The position numbers were made by a program, and so were the translations under genes. Of a stretch of DNA of 64,000 bases, positions 35,962 through 44,571 are shown in pieces. The stretch is from an uncultured Weeksellaceae bacterium (GTDB lineage: Bacteria; Bacteroidota; Bacteroidia; Flavobacteriales_D; CAYVSK01). The notes below the pieces were generated by a model, which ran no database searches, was not told the DNA's origin, and saw nothing but the letters and a program-made list of their open reading frames with translations. Location of the stretch: assembly GCA_964537825.1 (NCBI GenBank), contig CAZIDL010000002.1, positions 48,628 to 112,627 of the forward strand, read 5' to 3'. Position 1 is the first letter of the stretch, and the number at the start of each line of letters is the position of its first letter.

Positions 35962-36867
35962 TTGACCATGCCCGATCCCACCCTTCGAACTTTCCTTTCG
36001 GTCCTCCTGTTGTCCCTTCTCTGTTCTTCAGTTCTTGCTCAGGAAAAAACGAGCAGAACCTATCAGGGACGCCTTTGGTCCATAACGGGGAACGGAATAG
36101 CAGATACTTCCTACCTGTACGGTACGATCCACATCATGGACGACAAAGCTTACCAATTCCCGAAGGGAACGCGCGAGGCTTTTCGCTCCGTGGATGCTTA
36201 TGCGATGGAGATGAACATGGATAGTGTGAACCAGCTGGCCCTTATGAGCGAATTGATGATGAAGGACAGTCTCACGCTTCAGGACTTGCTATCAAAAGCG
36301 GAGTACAAGGACCTTCAACATTATGCCAGGGATTCCATGGGACTTCCCCTGGAGCGTTTCAAGCGCATGCATCCCCTCCTCCTTCATTCCCGATTCCAGA
36401 CCCGGAGTTTCGAGAAGGACAGCAGTCTCCCCCTCGACATGTATTTCCATCGAATGGCCAAGAAGCAGGGAAAGCCGGTGATCGGCCTCGAACGTATGGA
36501 AGAACAGGTAAAAGCTTTTCATTCCGTTCCTTATGACAGCATGGCGCAGCAATTGGTACGGATCGCCCGCGGGGAAGCGAAAAAAGCCGGAGGGGAGGTT
36601 TCGATGGAGGAGATGCTCGATGCTTATGTGAAAGGTGATCTTGATCGCCTATTGAAGATCACTTCCAAGCAAAAGATGTCGGAGGATTTTGAAAAGATAT
36701 TTCTGGTCGACCGGAACGTTCGGATGGCCGACCGGGCCGCCGATCATCTCAAGGAACAAAGCCTCTTCATCGCCATAGGGGCCGCCCATTTAGCGGGAAA
36801 AAAAGGCGTGATCGAACTCCTTCGGAAAAAGGGATTCAAAGTGACGTCGATCTCGGCAGAGGGATGA
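35962..36867 (+). CDS. TraB/GumN-family protein
   Basis: The product has a signal peptide. YLYGTIHIMDDKAY and a C-terminal IGAAHLAGKKGV are present. The start is TTG at 35962 or ATG at 35968. Confidence 0.8.
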   Translation: MTMPDPTLRTFLSVLLLSLLCSSVLAQEKTSRTYQGRLWSITGNGIADTSYLYGTIHIMDDKAYQFPKGTREAFRSVDAYAMEMNMDSVNQLALMSELMMKDSLTLQDLLSKAEYKDLQHYARDSMGLPLERFKRMHPLLLHSRFQTRSFEKDSSLPLDMYFHRMAKKQGKPVIGLERMEEQVKAFHSVPYDSMAQQLVRIARGEAKKAGGEVSMEEMLDAYVKGDLDRLLKITSKQKMSEDFEKIFLVDRNVRMADRAADHLKEQSLFIAIGAAHLAGKKGVIELLRKKGFKVTSISAEG

Positions 36868-37646
36868 AACGAGCTGAGGTCAGATCCCTTCTGGAGGAAG
36901 AGTATGCGAACGCTGATCCCGAAGCGTTCATCCGGGAGGATCCGCTCTGCATCCCCCGTTCCTACACGAAAAAAGAAGACATCGAGGTCATCGGCTTTAT
37001 GACCGCTACGATCTCCTGGGGGCAACGCCCGACCATTATTAAAAACGCACGATCTCTTGAGGAAGGAATGGGGGGCGAGCCTTTTCGTTTCGTCCTTGAA
37101 GCAGGCCCGGAGGACCTCCGTGTTTTCAGCTCCTTCCAACACCGCACCTTCAACAGCACGGACCTCCATTACTTTCTCAAAGTCCTCCGGCGGATCTATG
37201 AAACCTACGGGAGCATGCAAGAGCTTTTCCGAGAAGGGATACGCTCGAGTGATGCTGATCTTCGCGGAGGGATCGAACGCTTCCGAGAGGTCTTCTTTTC
37301 GCTCCCTCATTCCGCTCGAACCGAAAAACACGTTGCTGACCCGGCCAAGGGCTCTTCGGCCAAACGGCTCCACATGTTCCTTCGTTGGATGATCCGGGAC
37401 GACGCCATCGATATCGGTATCTGGAAAGAACTCGGGGCCCATCGCCTTTCCTGTCCGCTGGACCTCCATTCTGCCAAGGTAGGCCGGAAACTGGGACTTA
37501 TCCGGAGGAAACAGAACGATGCAAAGACCGTTGCTGAATTGGACCGTGCACTTCGCCGTTTCGATCCAAAGGACCCGGTCAAATACGACATATCCCTTCA
37601 TAGTATGGGGGTCGCGGATGCCAGAACGGACCGCGAGCAAGCCTGA
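36864..37646 (+). CDS. TIGR02757 (DUF2400) family protein
   Basis: ..EDPLCIPRSY..EVIGFMTATISWGQR.. and ..RLHMFLRWMIR..DIGIW.. match my recollection of this family. The ATG overlaps the upstream stop (ATGA). Confidence 0.78.
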   Translation: MKRAEVRSLLEEEYANADPEAFIREDPLCIPRSYTKKEDIEVIGFMTATISWGQRPTIIKNARSLEEGMGGEPFRFVLEAGPEDLRVFSSFQHRTFNSTDLHYFLKVLRRIYETYGSMQELFREGIRSSDADLRGGIERFREVFFSLPHSARTEKHVADPAKGSSAKRLHMFLRWMIRDDAIDIGIWKELGAHRLSCPLDLHSAKVGRKLGLIRRKQNDAKTVAELDRALRRFDPKDPVKYDISLHSMGVADARTDREQA

Positions 37647-37651
37647 GCTTC

Positions 37652-37659
37652 TATCTTTG
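37652..37659 (+). promoter_or_regulatory. -7 promoter box TATCTTTG, 5 nt upstream of the BatA_N gene ATG
   Basis: Perfect TAnnTTTG in the 18-nt gap after the TIGR02757 gene. Confidence 0.5.
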
Positions 37660-37664
37660 TCCCG

Positions 37665-39740
37665 ATGAGCTTCCTCTACCCAGGCTTTCTCCTTGCACTT
37701 TCTGCCCTGATCATTCCGATCATCGTCCACCTGTTCAACTTTCGCCGCTACAAAAAGCTCTATTTCTCCAACGTCAGCTTTCTTCAGAATGTGAAGGAGG
37801 AGACCCGCTCCCGCTCCAAGCTCAAACACTTCCTGACCCTCCTTATGCGTCTCCTGGCACTGGTCTTCCTGGTGTTGGCCTTTGCCCAGCCCTATATCCC
37901 CTCTGAAGGGACGAGCACCGTGAAGGGAGATATAGCTATCTCCATCTACATCGACAACAGCTTCAGCATGGAAGGGGAGGGATCCGAAGGACGGCTAATA
38001 GACCTTGCAAAGGAACGAGCGATCCGCATCGTCGAAAGCTATGAGCCGACCGATCGATTCCAACTGCACACGAACACCCCATCCTCAGCTCAGCACCGTT
38101 GGTACTCTCAAAGCGAGATCATCGAACGGATCGAAGAGGTCGAAGTCGCCCCTTATACAGAAAAGGCTTCCAGCATCCTGGCAGCTCAGAAGGAAGGCCT
38201 CCGGAACCGAGAAGAGAGCGGCCGTATCTTCTTCTTATCCGACCTTCAGCGTTCGGTCACCGACCCGGGCAACTTCGAAAAGGACGGCGAACCGACGGTC
38301 TTTTTCCTTCCGCTTCAACCTGAACAGAAACGGAACCTTTACGTGGATTCCATCTGGTTCAAAACTCCTGTCCGGATGCTCGATCATGAGGAGGAGCTAG
38401 GAGTACGCCTCGTGAACACCGGCAAGGAAAAAGCAGAGGACATCCCTGTGGAGCTTCATGTGAACAAAGAGCGCACAGCGATCGGCAGCTTCGATATCCC
38501 CCCCAAGGGTCATAAGGACACGAGCCTCTTCTTCACTCATTCCGACACCGGCATTCATCATGCCTCCGTGCGCCTCAGTGATCATCCGGTCACTTTCGAT
38601 GACATCTTTTTCTTTTCCTACAAGGTCGCCGGGTCCATTCCGGTCCTTCGCATTCGACCATCTAAAAGTACTGGGACCTTCGATGGGAATGGCGATCCCA
38701 TCGCTTCGGTCTTCGAAGGGGATCCGCTCTTTCGATACCGAAGTGTGGAGATGGACCGGATCGATCATTCGCGCCTGGACGAAGAGAACCTGATCCTGCT
38801 CGACCGACTCCCTTCCATCCCCTCCGGTCTTACTCGAGAATTGCGGAAGTTCATTAAAGGAGGGGGTCACGTTGGCATTATCCCTGCAATGGGTGCAGCC
38901 CCTGAAGCTTACAACCCTTTCCTCCGCACCCTCAAGATGGAACAGATCGCAAAAGTGGACAGCATGCCGGTTCGGATCAGCGAATTGAGGACATCGCATC
39001 ATTTTTACAGGAACGTTTTTCAGAAAGTTCCTGAGAACATGAGCCTTCCTAAAGTTAACTTCCACTATCACTTTAAGGAGCAAGTGCGTTCTGAACGAGA
39101 AGAGCTGATGAGCCTTCGGAACGGGGATCCTTTTTTGATCGTGGATCCACACGGAGAAGGCCTTTGCTATTTCTTCGCTGCACCGCCTGAACCTGGAGCA
39201 AGCGACCTGATCGGCCATGCGCTCTATCCGACCACCCTCCTCCGCATGGCCGAATTGAGCCAACCCTCTCAGGAACCTTATCGGACGATCGGTTCCGAAG
39301 AAGGGATCGCCCTCCGGGGTTCAGTTCCCGAAGGTGAAACCCCTTTCCGCCTCGAAGCTGTGGACGGTGAGCTGAGCTTGATCCCCGAACAGGAACAGTA
39401 CAGTGGGATCACGCGGATCCAACCACGGGGGCGGGTGAAGCAGGCCGGCAATTACGATATCGTCCATGAGGACCGGGCGGTCCGAGGTATCGGGATCAAT
39501 TACTCACGAAAAGAATCCGAACTCGACTATTTCGATCCTGATGCCTTTCAGAGCGAACTCGATGCCCTTGGCAAAGGGTATCGCATCGTGGAACGTGACC
39601 TGAGTAGGGAACAGGCAAGCATCGGAAATATCAGTAAAGGGACAGGGCTTTGGTGGCACTGCCTTATCTTCGCCTTGGTCTTTTTCGGCCTCGAGACACT
39701 ACTTCTCGCATTCCCCAAGGCACTTGGTCTCGAACGATGA
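37665..39740 (+). CDS. BatA_N-domain membrane protein with vWA-like MIDAS motif
   Basis: The N-terminus MSFLYPGFLLALSALIIPIIVHLFNFRR is the double-TM BatA_N signature. A DxSxS motif (IDNSFSM) and a C-terminal TM helix are also present. Length is 691 aa. Confidence 0.8.
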   Translation: MSFLYPGFLLALSALIIPIIVHLFNFRRYKKLYFSNVSFLQNVKEETRSRSKLKHFLTLLMRLLALVFLVLAFAQPYIPSEGTSTVKGDIAISIYIDNSFSMEGEGSEGRLIDLAKERAIRIVESYEPTDRFQLHTNTPSSAQHRWYSQSEIIERIEEVEVAPYTEKASSILAAQKEGLRNREESGRIFFLSDLQRSVTDPGNFEKDGEPTVFFLPLQPEQKRNLYVDSIWFKTPVRMLDHEEELGVRLVNTGKEKAEDIPVELHVNKERTAIGSFDIPPKGHKDTSLFFTHSDTGIHHASVRLSDHPVTFDDIFFFSYKVAGSIPVLRIRPSKSTGTFDGNGDPIASVFEGDPLFRYRSVEMDRIDHSRLDEENLILLDRLPSIPSGLTRELRKFIKGGGHVGIIPAMGAAPEAYNPFLRTLKMEQIAKVDSMPVRISELRTSHHFYRNVFQKVPENMSLPKVNFHYHFKEQVRSEREELMSLRNGDPFLIVDPHGEGLCYFFAAPPEPGASDLIGHALYPTTLLRMAELSQPSQEPYRTIGSEEGIALRGSVPEGETPFRLEAVDGELSLIPEQEQYSGITRIQPRGRVKQAGNYDIVHEDRAVRGIGINYSRKESELDYFDPDAFQSELDALGKGYRIVERDLSREQASIGNISKGTGLWWHCLIFALVFFGLETLLLAFPKALGLER

Positions 39741-41038
39741 AAGAGGAACAGGATATCCGGAACGCTGATCTTATGCTCCGTAAGGTCCGGATCGTATGGC
39801 CGGGTTCGGATCACGACGGTCAGGAATTGGACATTAGCGTGAAAAAGGGTCAGGTAGAGCAGATCGGAGTGGATCTGGAGGCGAGTGGGGATCAAAACGA
39901 GCTCCGGCAAGAAGGCCTCCATATATCCCCCGGTTGGATGGATCTGAATGCGAATTTCAGGGATCCGGGGAACGAAGAGCGGGAAGACCTCGCATCAGGG
40001 ATCGGTGCTGCCATGCAGGGTGGTTATACGCGAGCTCTCATCATGCCGGCTACAGTCCCTCCTATCGATCACAGGGGTGCTGTGGAGGACCTTAAAGCCC
40101 GATCGAAAGGCTATCCGTTCACCCTTCATCCGGCAGGCACCCTGTCCAAACACCGTGAAGGGGAGGACATTGCCGAACTTTTCGATATGCAGCGCTCCGG
40201 GGCCCTAGCCTTCACGGATGCACGTCGTCCTGTGAACGATGCCGGGCTGCTGATGAACGCCCTCTATTACGCAAAGACATTCGATGGCCGGATCCTCACC
40301 TACCCCGATGATCCTACCATTTCCCGTCAGGGAGTGATGAACGAAGGAGCACTCAGCATGCGACTGGGAATGAAAGGGATCCCTCACATGAGCGAAGGAA
40401 TAGCAGTGGACCGCGCCCTTTCCCTGCTGGAGTACACCGAAGGAAAACTCCATTTCAGCACGCTCTCGACCCCTGAAGCTCTCGACCGCGTCCGAAAAGC
40501 CAAAAAAGAAGGCCTACAGGTATCATGCGATGTCGCAGCTCACCATCTCTACTTTGACGAAGAACAGCTAAAGGACTTCTCTCCCCTTTTTAAGCTAATG
40601 CCGCCCCTCCGCGATGTTGAAAGTTCGAAGGAGCTCCGTAAAGCTGTGACAGATGGAACCGTCGATCATGTCTGCTCCCTGCACGAACCCCATGCTGAAG
40701 AGGACAAACGCGTAGAGTTCGAGATCGCCGCTTACGGAGCACCCGGTCTCGAGACCTGTTTCGGTGCTGCCCGCACTGTCCTGAAGGATGAACTTCCAAC
40801 GGGGCGATTGATCGAAAGTTTTACGAGAGCTCCCCGGGAACTGCTCGGCCTTGGAATGCCCGTCCTCGAAGAGGGTATTGAGCTGGAAGCGACCCTCTTC
40901 CAGCCCGATCTCGAGTGGACCTGGGAAAGGGAACGATCCAAGAGCAAAGCATATCGGGATCCCTACGAAGGAGAACGCTTGATCGGGAAGCCTTTAGGGA
41001 CCGTACATCAGGGACAGTTCCATTCGAGCAGCCTATGA
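39737..41038 (+). CDS. Dihydroorotase-like amidohydrolase with degenerate active site (PyrC'-like)
   Basis: The amidohydrolase fold is recognisable (..FRDPGNEEREDLASG..GGYT.., CDVAAHHLYF). The HxH metal motif is replaced (MDLNANFRDPG). The Asp of 'DHAPH' is also replaced (CSLHEPH). The ATG overlaps the upstream stop (ATGA). Confidence 0.82.
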   Translation: MKEEQDIRNADLMLRKVRIVWPGSDHDGQELDISVKKGQVEQIGVDLEASGDQNELRQEGLHISPGWMDLNANFRDPGNEEREDLASGIGAAMQGGYTRALIMPATVPPIDHRGAVEDLKARSKGYPFTLHPAGTLSKHREGEDIAELFDMQRSGALAFTDARRPVNDAGLLMNALYYAKTFDGRILTYPDDPTISRQGVMNEGALSMRLGMKGIPHMSEGIAVDRALSLLEYTEGKLHFSTLSTPEALDRVRKAKKEGLQVSCDVAAHHLYFDEEQLKDFSPLFKLMPPLRDVESSKELRKAVTDGTVDHVCSLHEPHAEEDKRVEFEIAAYGAPGLETCFGAARTVLKDELPTGRLIESFTRAPRELLGLGMPVLEEGIELEATLFQPDLEWTWERERSKSKAYRDPYEGERLIGKPLGTVHQGQFHSSSL

Positions 41039-41601
41039 ACGAGGAATCCGGGCATTGGAGAACGCTCCGTTCCCAGAAGGTCCACACATCCCCTTGGATC
41101 GATCTGCACCAGGATGATGTGATCACCCCGGGCGGAAACCACAGCCGCTACAGTTACGTCCATTTCCGCAATTTCGGGATCGCCATCCTACCGATCGCTG
41201 AGAACGGAGATACCTGGATCGTAGGGCAATACCGTTATCCGATCGGATCCTATACATGGGAGCTTCCTGAAGGGGGCGGACCGATCGAGATCGATCCCCT
41301 GACATCGGCAAAACGGGAGCTTAAAGAAGAGGCAGGCATCGTAGCTGCACGGTGGGATCTCATTCAGGAAGCCTTTATGAGCGATTCCGCCACCGACGAA
41401 TACGCCTACCTCTATATCGCCAGGGACCTTACGATCGGAGATCCGGAACCTGAAGAGGATGAAGAACTGGATCTCAGACGCATCCCCTTTGAAGACCTCT
41501 TCCAAATGATCCTTGATGGTCACGTCCGAGATAGTCTGACGGTTATGACCGTCCTTCGTGCCCGATGTTATCTCGAACTTTCTACTTCTCCTTCTTCCTG
41601 A
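41035..41601 (+). CDS. NUDIX hydrolase (ADP-ribose pyrophosphatase-like)
   Basis: A Nudix box-like sequence GGGPIEIDPLTSAKRELKEEAGI is present. The ATG overlaps the upstream stop (ATGA). I chose the internal start over the ORF-track 5' extension. Confidence 0.86.
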   Translation: MNEESGHWRTLRSQKVHTSPWIDLHQDDVITPGGNHSRYSYVHFRNFGIAILPIAENGDTWIVGQYRYPIGSYTWELPEGGGPIEIDPLTSAKRELKEEAGIVAARWDLIQEAFMSDSATDEYAYLYIARDLTIGDPEPEEDEELDLRRIPFEDLFQMILDGHVRDSLTVMTVLRARCYLELSTSPSS

Positions 41602-42614
41602 TCCTCCTTTCCGCCTGCGGAAAGGAGGGTGAAAAGGAACGATGGACCCTGCACCCGGAACGTCTACCCTCCCTTGGGAAACCCAGGGAAAAAAGCTACC
41701 AAGCCCTCTTTTACAATTGCGAGAACCTCTTCGATACGGACAATACCGTGGGTGTCGAGGATGACGCTCACACCCCTGAAGGAGCCTATGAATGGGACGA
41801 AGAGCGTTACCAGAAAAAGCTGGACAGGATCGCCAAGGTGATCGGTGATTATGCTTCTTCCCCTGATCTGGTAGGGCTTTGCGAGATCGAGAACGCAAAA
41901 CCGCTAAAGGAGCTCCTCACAAGATCGAGGTTAGCCACAAAGAACTACGCTTTCCTCCATCATCAAAGCCGGGATCCAAGAGGAATAGACCTGGCATTGC
42001 TCTTCGATCCACAGCTTTTCCATCCCTATGAAAAAAAAGCTCATCCCATCACCGATCCGGGTTCAGGAAGGCCTTCCAGGCCGATCCTCTCACTTGGGAT
42101 GCGATCAGCATCAGGTGACAGCATAAGGATCTTCCTCTGCCACTGGCCGTCACGAGCTGGTGGGAAAAAAGCGAGCGAACCCGCCCGCCTCAAAGCATCT
42201 GAGACCCTCCAGGACGCCCTTAGCGAACTCCATCAAGATCATCCTTCCCGGAAAGTTCTCATTATGGGGGACCTTAACGATCACCCACCCGATCCGAGCG
42301 TTCGGACACTCATCAACGGAGACCACGGGTACGAGCTAAAGGACCTACTCAGGAAAGCCCATCATTCAGGAAAGGGTACTTACAATTTTCAGGGAGATTG
42401 GGGGGTGCTCGACCATTTCATCGCGAACGCTAAGCTTATGAACGCTGCGAGCGGCATCCGCTACCATGAGGGAAGCGCTAGGATCCTCCGGAGAAAAGAA
42501 CTCCTCTTTTACGATCAGAAAGGCGGTCACTATCAACCGGACCGCTATATGGAGAAGGGGACCTACTATGGCGGTTATTCGGATCATTTACCGATCCTTT
42601 TGGAACTTGAATAA
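41565..42614 (+). CDS. Endonuclease/exonuclease/phosphatase (EEP) family lipoprotein
   Basis: The lipobox is LILLSACG. EEP motifs are present (FYNCENLFD, GLCEIEN, MGDLND, SDHLPI). Confidence 0.85.
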   Translation: MLSRTFYFSFFLILLSACGKEGEKERWTLHPERLPSLGKPREKSYQALFYNCENLFDTDNTVGVEDDAHTPEGAYEWDEERYQKKLDRIAKVIGDYASSPDLVGLCEIENAKPLKELLTRSRLATKNYAFLHHQSRDPRGIDLALLFDPQLFHPYEKKAHPITDPGSGRPSRPILSLGMRSASGDSIRIFLCHWPSRAGGKKASEPARLKASETLQDALSELHQDHPSRKVLIMGDLNDHPPDPSVRTLINGDHGYELKDLLRKAHHSGKGTYNFQGDWGVLDHFIANAKLMNAASGIRYHEGSARILRRKELLFYDQKGGHYQPDRYMEKGTYYGGYSDHLPILLELE

Positions 42615-42671
42615 GGCCCCCTTTCCCTTTTGAATGAAAAGATACGGAAGGCCCTTGGCCAAATTCGCCGC

Positions 42672-43457
42672 TCACCCGTTCGAATAACCGCAGCGTTGCA
42701 TCAATTCCATTAACCCGGGATATGCCAGCACTTCCCGGATCCGACCCTCATTCCCTTCCTTTTTCCACTTTCCGATGGAAGAAGGGTACATCGGCTTCAC
42801 CCCCCCTTCCCATGCGGAATTATCCTTCACATTGGTGTTCTCGGCCCAATCGTCCATTTCCTTCATCCGTTCCTCCCCGATGAACTCACAAATGCGATCG
42901 ATGGAGGCACCAGTGTCGAATACAAGGTCCTCATAACGAAGACTCATGACGCAAGGGTGTTCCTCATAGGCCAAGCCAGCCTCAACATCGTTCACCCAAC
43001 GTTCCGGGGCGACGTAAAAGTCCCCGGACCGCTTGGGGTCTGGATGCTCTGAGGTCAACACATCTCGGGGATCTCTGATGATATGAAGGATGCGGACCTC
43101 CTCTTGAAAAAAGTCCAGGATCTTATCGATATGGCGGATGTTCGCCGGGGATTTCTCGCACCACCGCAGCACTGTCCCGGGGACCTTCCTCCTTATCAAT
43201 TCCCTGTACATCCGGTCCATCCGATAGGGATAGGGCTTTCCGGTCCTCGGATCGGTCCTCCATTCGGTCAAAAAACCCAATTCATCCTGAAAGGCAAAGA
43301 TGGAAGGATGAGCACCGAGAAGAGCAAGGAGCATCGTCGTCCCCGAGCGAGCACATCCCCCTATCACGATCGGAGGCTCCGTGAAATGCCGCCTTTCGAT
43401 GCGCTCCCCCCAGGCACGGATAAGCGGTGTAGCAAGGCGCTTAACGGAGTTCAGCAT
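42672..43457 (-). CDS. PAPS-type sulfotransferase family protein
   Basis: The 5'-PSB loop GGCARSGTTML and a 3'-PB-like IIRDPRDVLTS are present. I prefer the internal ATG at 43457 because the start at 43577 would overlap the upstream gene by 58 nt. Confidence 0.8.
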   Translation of the reverse strand: MLNSVKRLATPLIRAWGERIERRHFTEPPIVIGGCARSGTTMLLALLGAHPSIFAFQDELGFLTEWRTDPRTGKPYPYRMDRMYRELIRRKVPGTVLRWCEKSPANIRHIDKILDFFQEEVRILHIIRDPRDVLTSEHPDPKRSGDFYVAPERWVNDVEAGLAYEEHPCVMSLRYEDLVFDTGASIDRICEFIGEERMKEMDDWAENTNVKDNSAWEGGVKPMYPSSIGKWKKEGNEGRIREVLAYPGLMELMQRCGYSNG

Positions 43458-43519
43458 GAGCGGCGCTCGATCTGGGTCCAAAAAGGAAGGCTTCCATGCA
43501 AGGGAGCTAAAAGGTGCAC

Positions 43520-43927
43520 TTAAAACGGATCTCGTTTCAATTGCAAGTCGAGGGTCCCATTGTCCGGGATGTAGCAAACGCTATCCGCACAATCCCTATC
43601 GCTTCTGTCCTTCACGGTGATCTCGTTCCGGTCGACCGCGATCACCGTCTTGCCGTTCTTCTCGTAGATCGCCTCACCGGCATATTCGTATCCGCTTTCC
43701 AGGGTATAACTTCTGTTGGAAGTCACCGTGTCGACCACGATCGCACTATCCCCTGGCGTTCTTCCCCGGTAGAGATGGATCCGGATGCTGTCGGTGATAT
43801 CCTCCGAGACCCTCACCCTCATGGTTCCGACGTCAGGAGGGGTCTCCTTGCAACGCCAGCAGCATGCATGGAAAAGAAAGAGTGCAGGGAGTACCGCACT
43901 AAAAAGGAGTCGGAGTTTCTGAGCCAT
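43520..43927 (-). CDS. Small Cys-containing exported protein or lipoprotein, function unknown
   Basis: The internal ATG gives MAQKLRLLFSAVLPALFLFHACC.., a signal peptide with a possible lipobox. Length is 135 aa. Confidence 0.5.
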   Translation of the reverse strand: MAQKLRLLFSAVLPALFLFHACCWRCKETPPDVGTMRVRVSEDITDSIRIHLYRGRTPGDSAIVVDTVTSNRSYTLESGYEYAGEAIYEKNGKTVIAVDRNEITVKDRSDRDCADSVCYIPDNGTLDLQLKRDPF

Positions 43928-43941
43928 GAGCCTCCTGTTTT

Positions 43942-44502
43942 TCAAGAACTGGAAATGAGCACTGAGAATTTGATGCGCCAAGAGGCGATCTCGTCCCGAT
44001 AGGGAATCGGGGCCCATTGGGCACCCAATTTGAACATGCTCCCACTTTGGGAATAGCCAGCGAAGCCGAGCCCCGGATAGAAGAACCAGGCAGGGGTCGG
44101 GTCCAGACCAGTGGCCCTGAAGTCCCCGAAGGTATAGGCAGCTCCCCCTTCAAGGTAAAAGCCCGTACTCCCATTTGGCAAAAAAGCTTTATCCAGAAGA
44201 AAACCGACCATTCCCCTCCATTCTTTGTATTGGTAATAAGCATCGGGACGCTTTATAAGGGTCCGGCGTGTGAAAGGACGGGCATCGAAGTAAGTCGAAA
44301 GGGACCATAAGTTCCTATGGTCCATGATCCCCAATCCAACACCCAGGTAAAGGTCGTTAAAGTTGAAAGTGAGCTGAGGAGTAGCCGCAAAGGCTATTTC
44401 AGGGGTCCCTAGCCCATCCCCCTGGCCTTTCACCGAGGGAGCTAGCAAAAAGAAAAGCGTTCCCACGAAAAGGCTTCCTAGCCTGGAACGATCTGTATGC
44501 AT
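43942..44502 (-). CDS. Exported beta-rich (outer-membrane-like) protein, function unknown
   Basis: The product has a signal peptide (LFVGTLFFLLAPSVKGQ) and a Gly/aromatic-rich alternating pattern. Length is 186 aa. Confidence 0.55.
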   Translation of the reverse strand: MHTDRSRLGSLFVGTLFFLLAPSVKGQGDGLGTPEIAFAATPQLTFNFNDLYLGVGLGIMDHRNLWSLSTYFDARPFTRRTLIKRPDAYYQYKEWRGMVGFLLDKAFLPNGSTGFYLEGGAAYTFGDFRATGLDPTPAWFFYPGLGFAGYSQSGSMFKLGAQWAPIPYRDEIASWRIKFSVLISSS

Positions 44503-44536
44503 TGAATTCTCAGTTTGGAACGCCTATCTAAGATAT

Positions 44537-44571
44537 TCAAAAAACAAAAGAGGCCCCATCTATTCCTCTTT
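44537..44571 (-). terminator. Rho-independent terminator of dapA
   Basis: On the minus strand the sequence reads AAAGAGG-aatagatgggg-CCTCTTT, followed by TGTTTTTTGAA. This is a 7-bp stem whose loop contains the dapA stop codon, followed by a U-rich tail. Confidence 0.5.

Noticed and set aside
36744-37829. 361-aa minus-strand ORF spanning the TraB/GumN, TIGR02757 and BatA_N genes
   Set aside because: It is antisense to three plus-strand genes that carry clear family motifs. Its product is low-complexity (Arg/Gly/Pro/Ser-rich) with no recognisable motif. It is a shadow ORF of the kind produced when sense codons avoid TTA, CTA and TCA.
38397-39263. 288-aa minus-strand ORF inside the BatA_N gene. 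Similar long antisense ORFs lie at 49266-50066, 27006-27776, 15552-16274, 41188-41898, 46452-47201, 28621-29304 and 62790-63494.
   Set aside because: Each lies fully within, and antisense to, a confidently identified gene, and none has a motif or start context of its own. The abundance of such ORFs at about 52% GC is notable, but codon bias explains it better than overlapping genes do.
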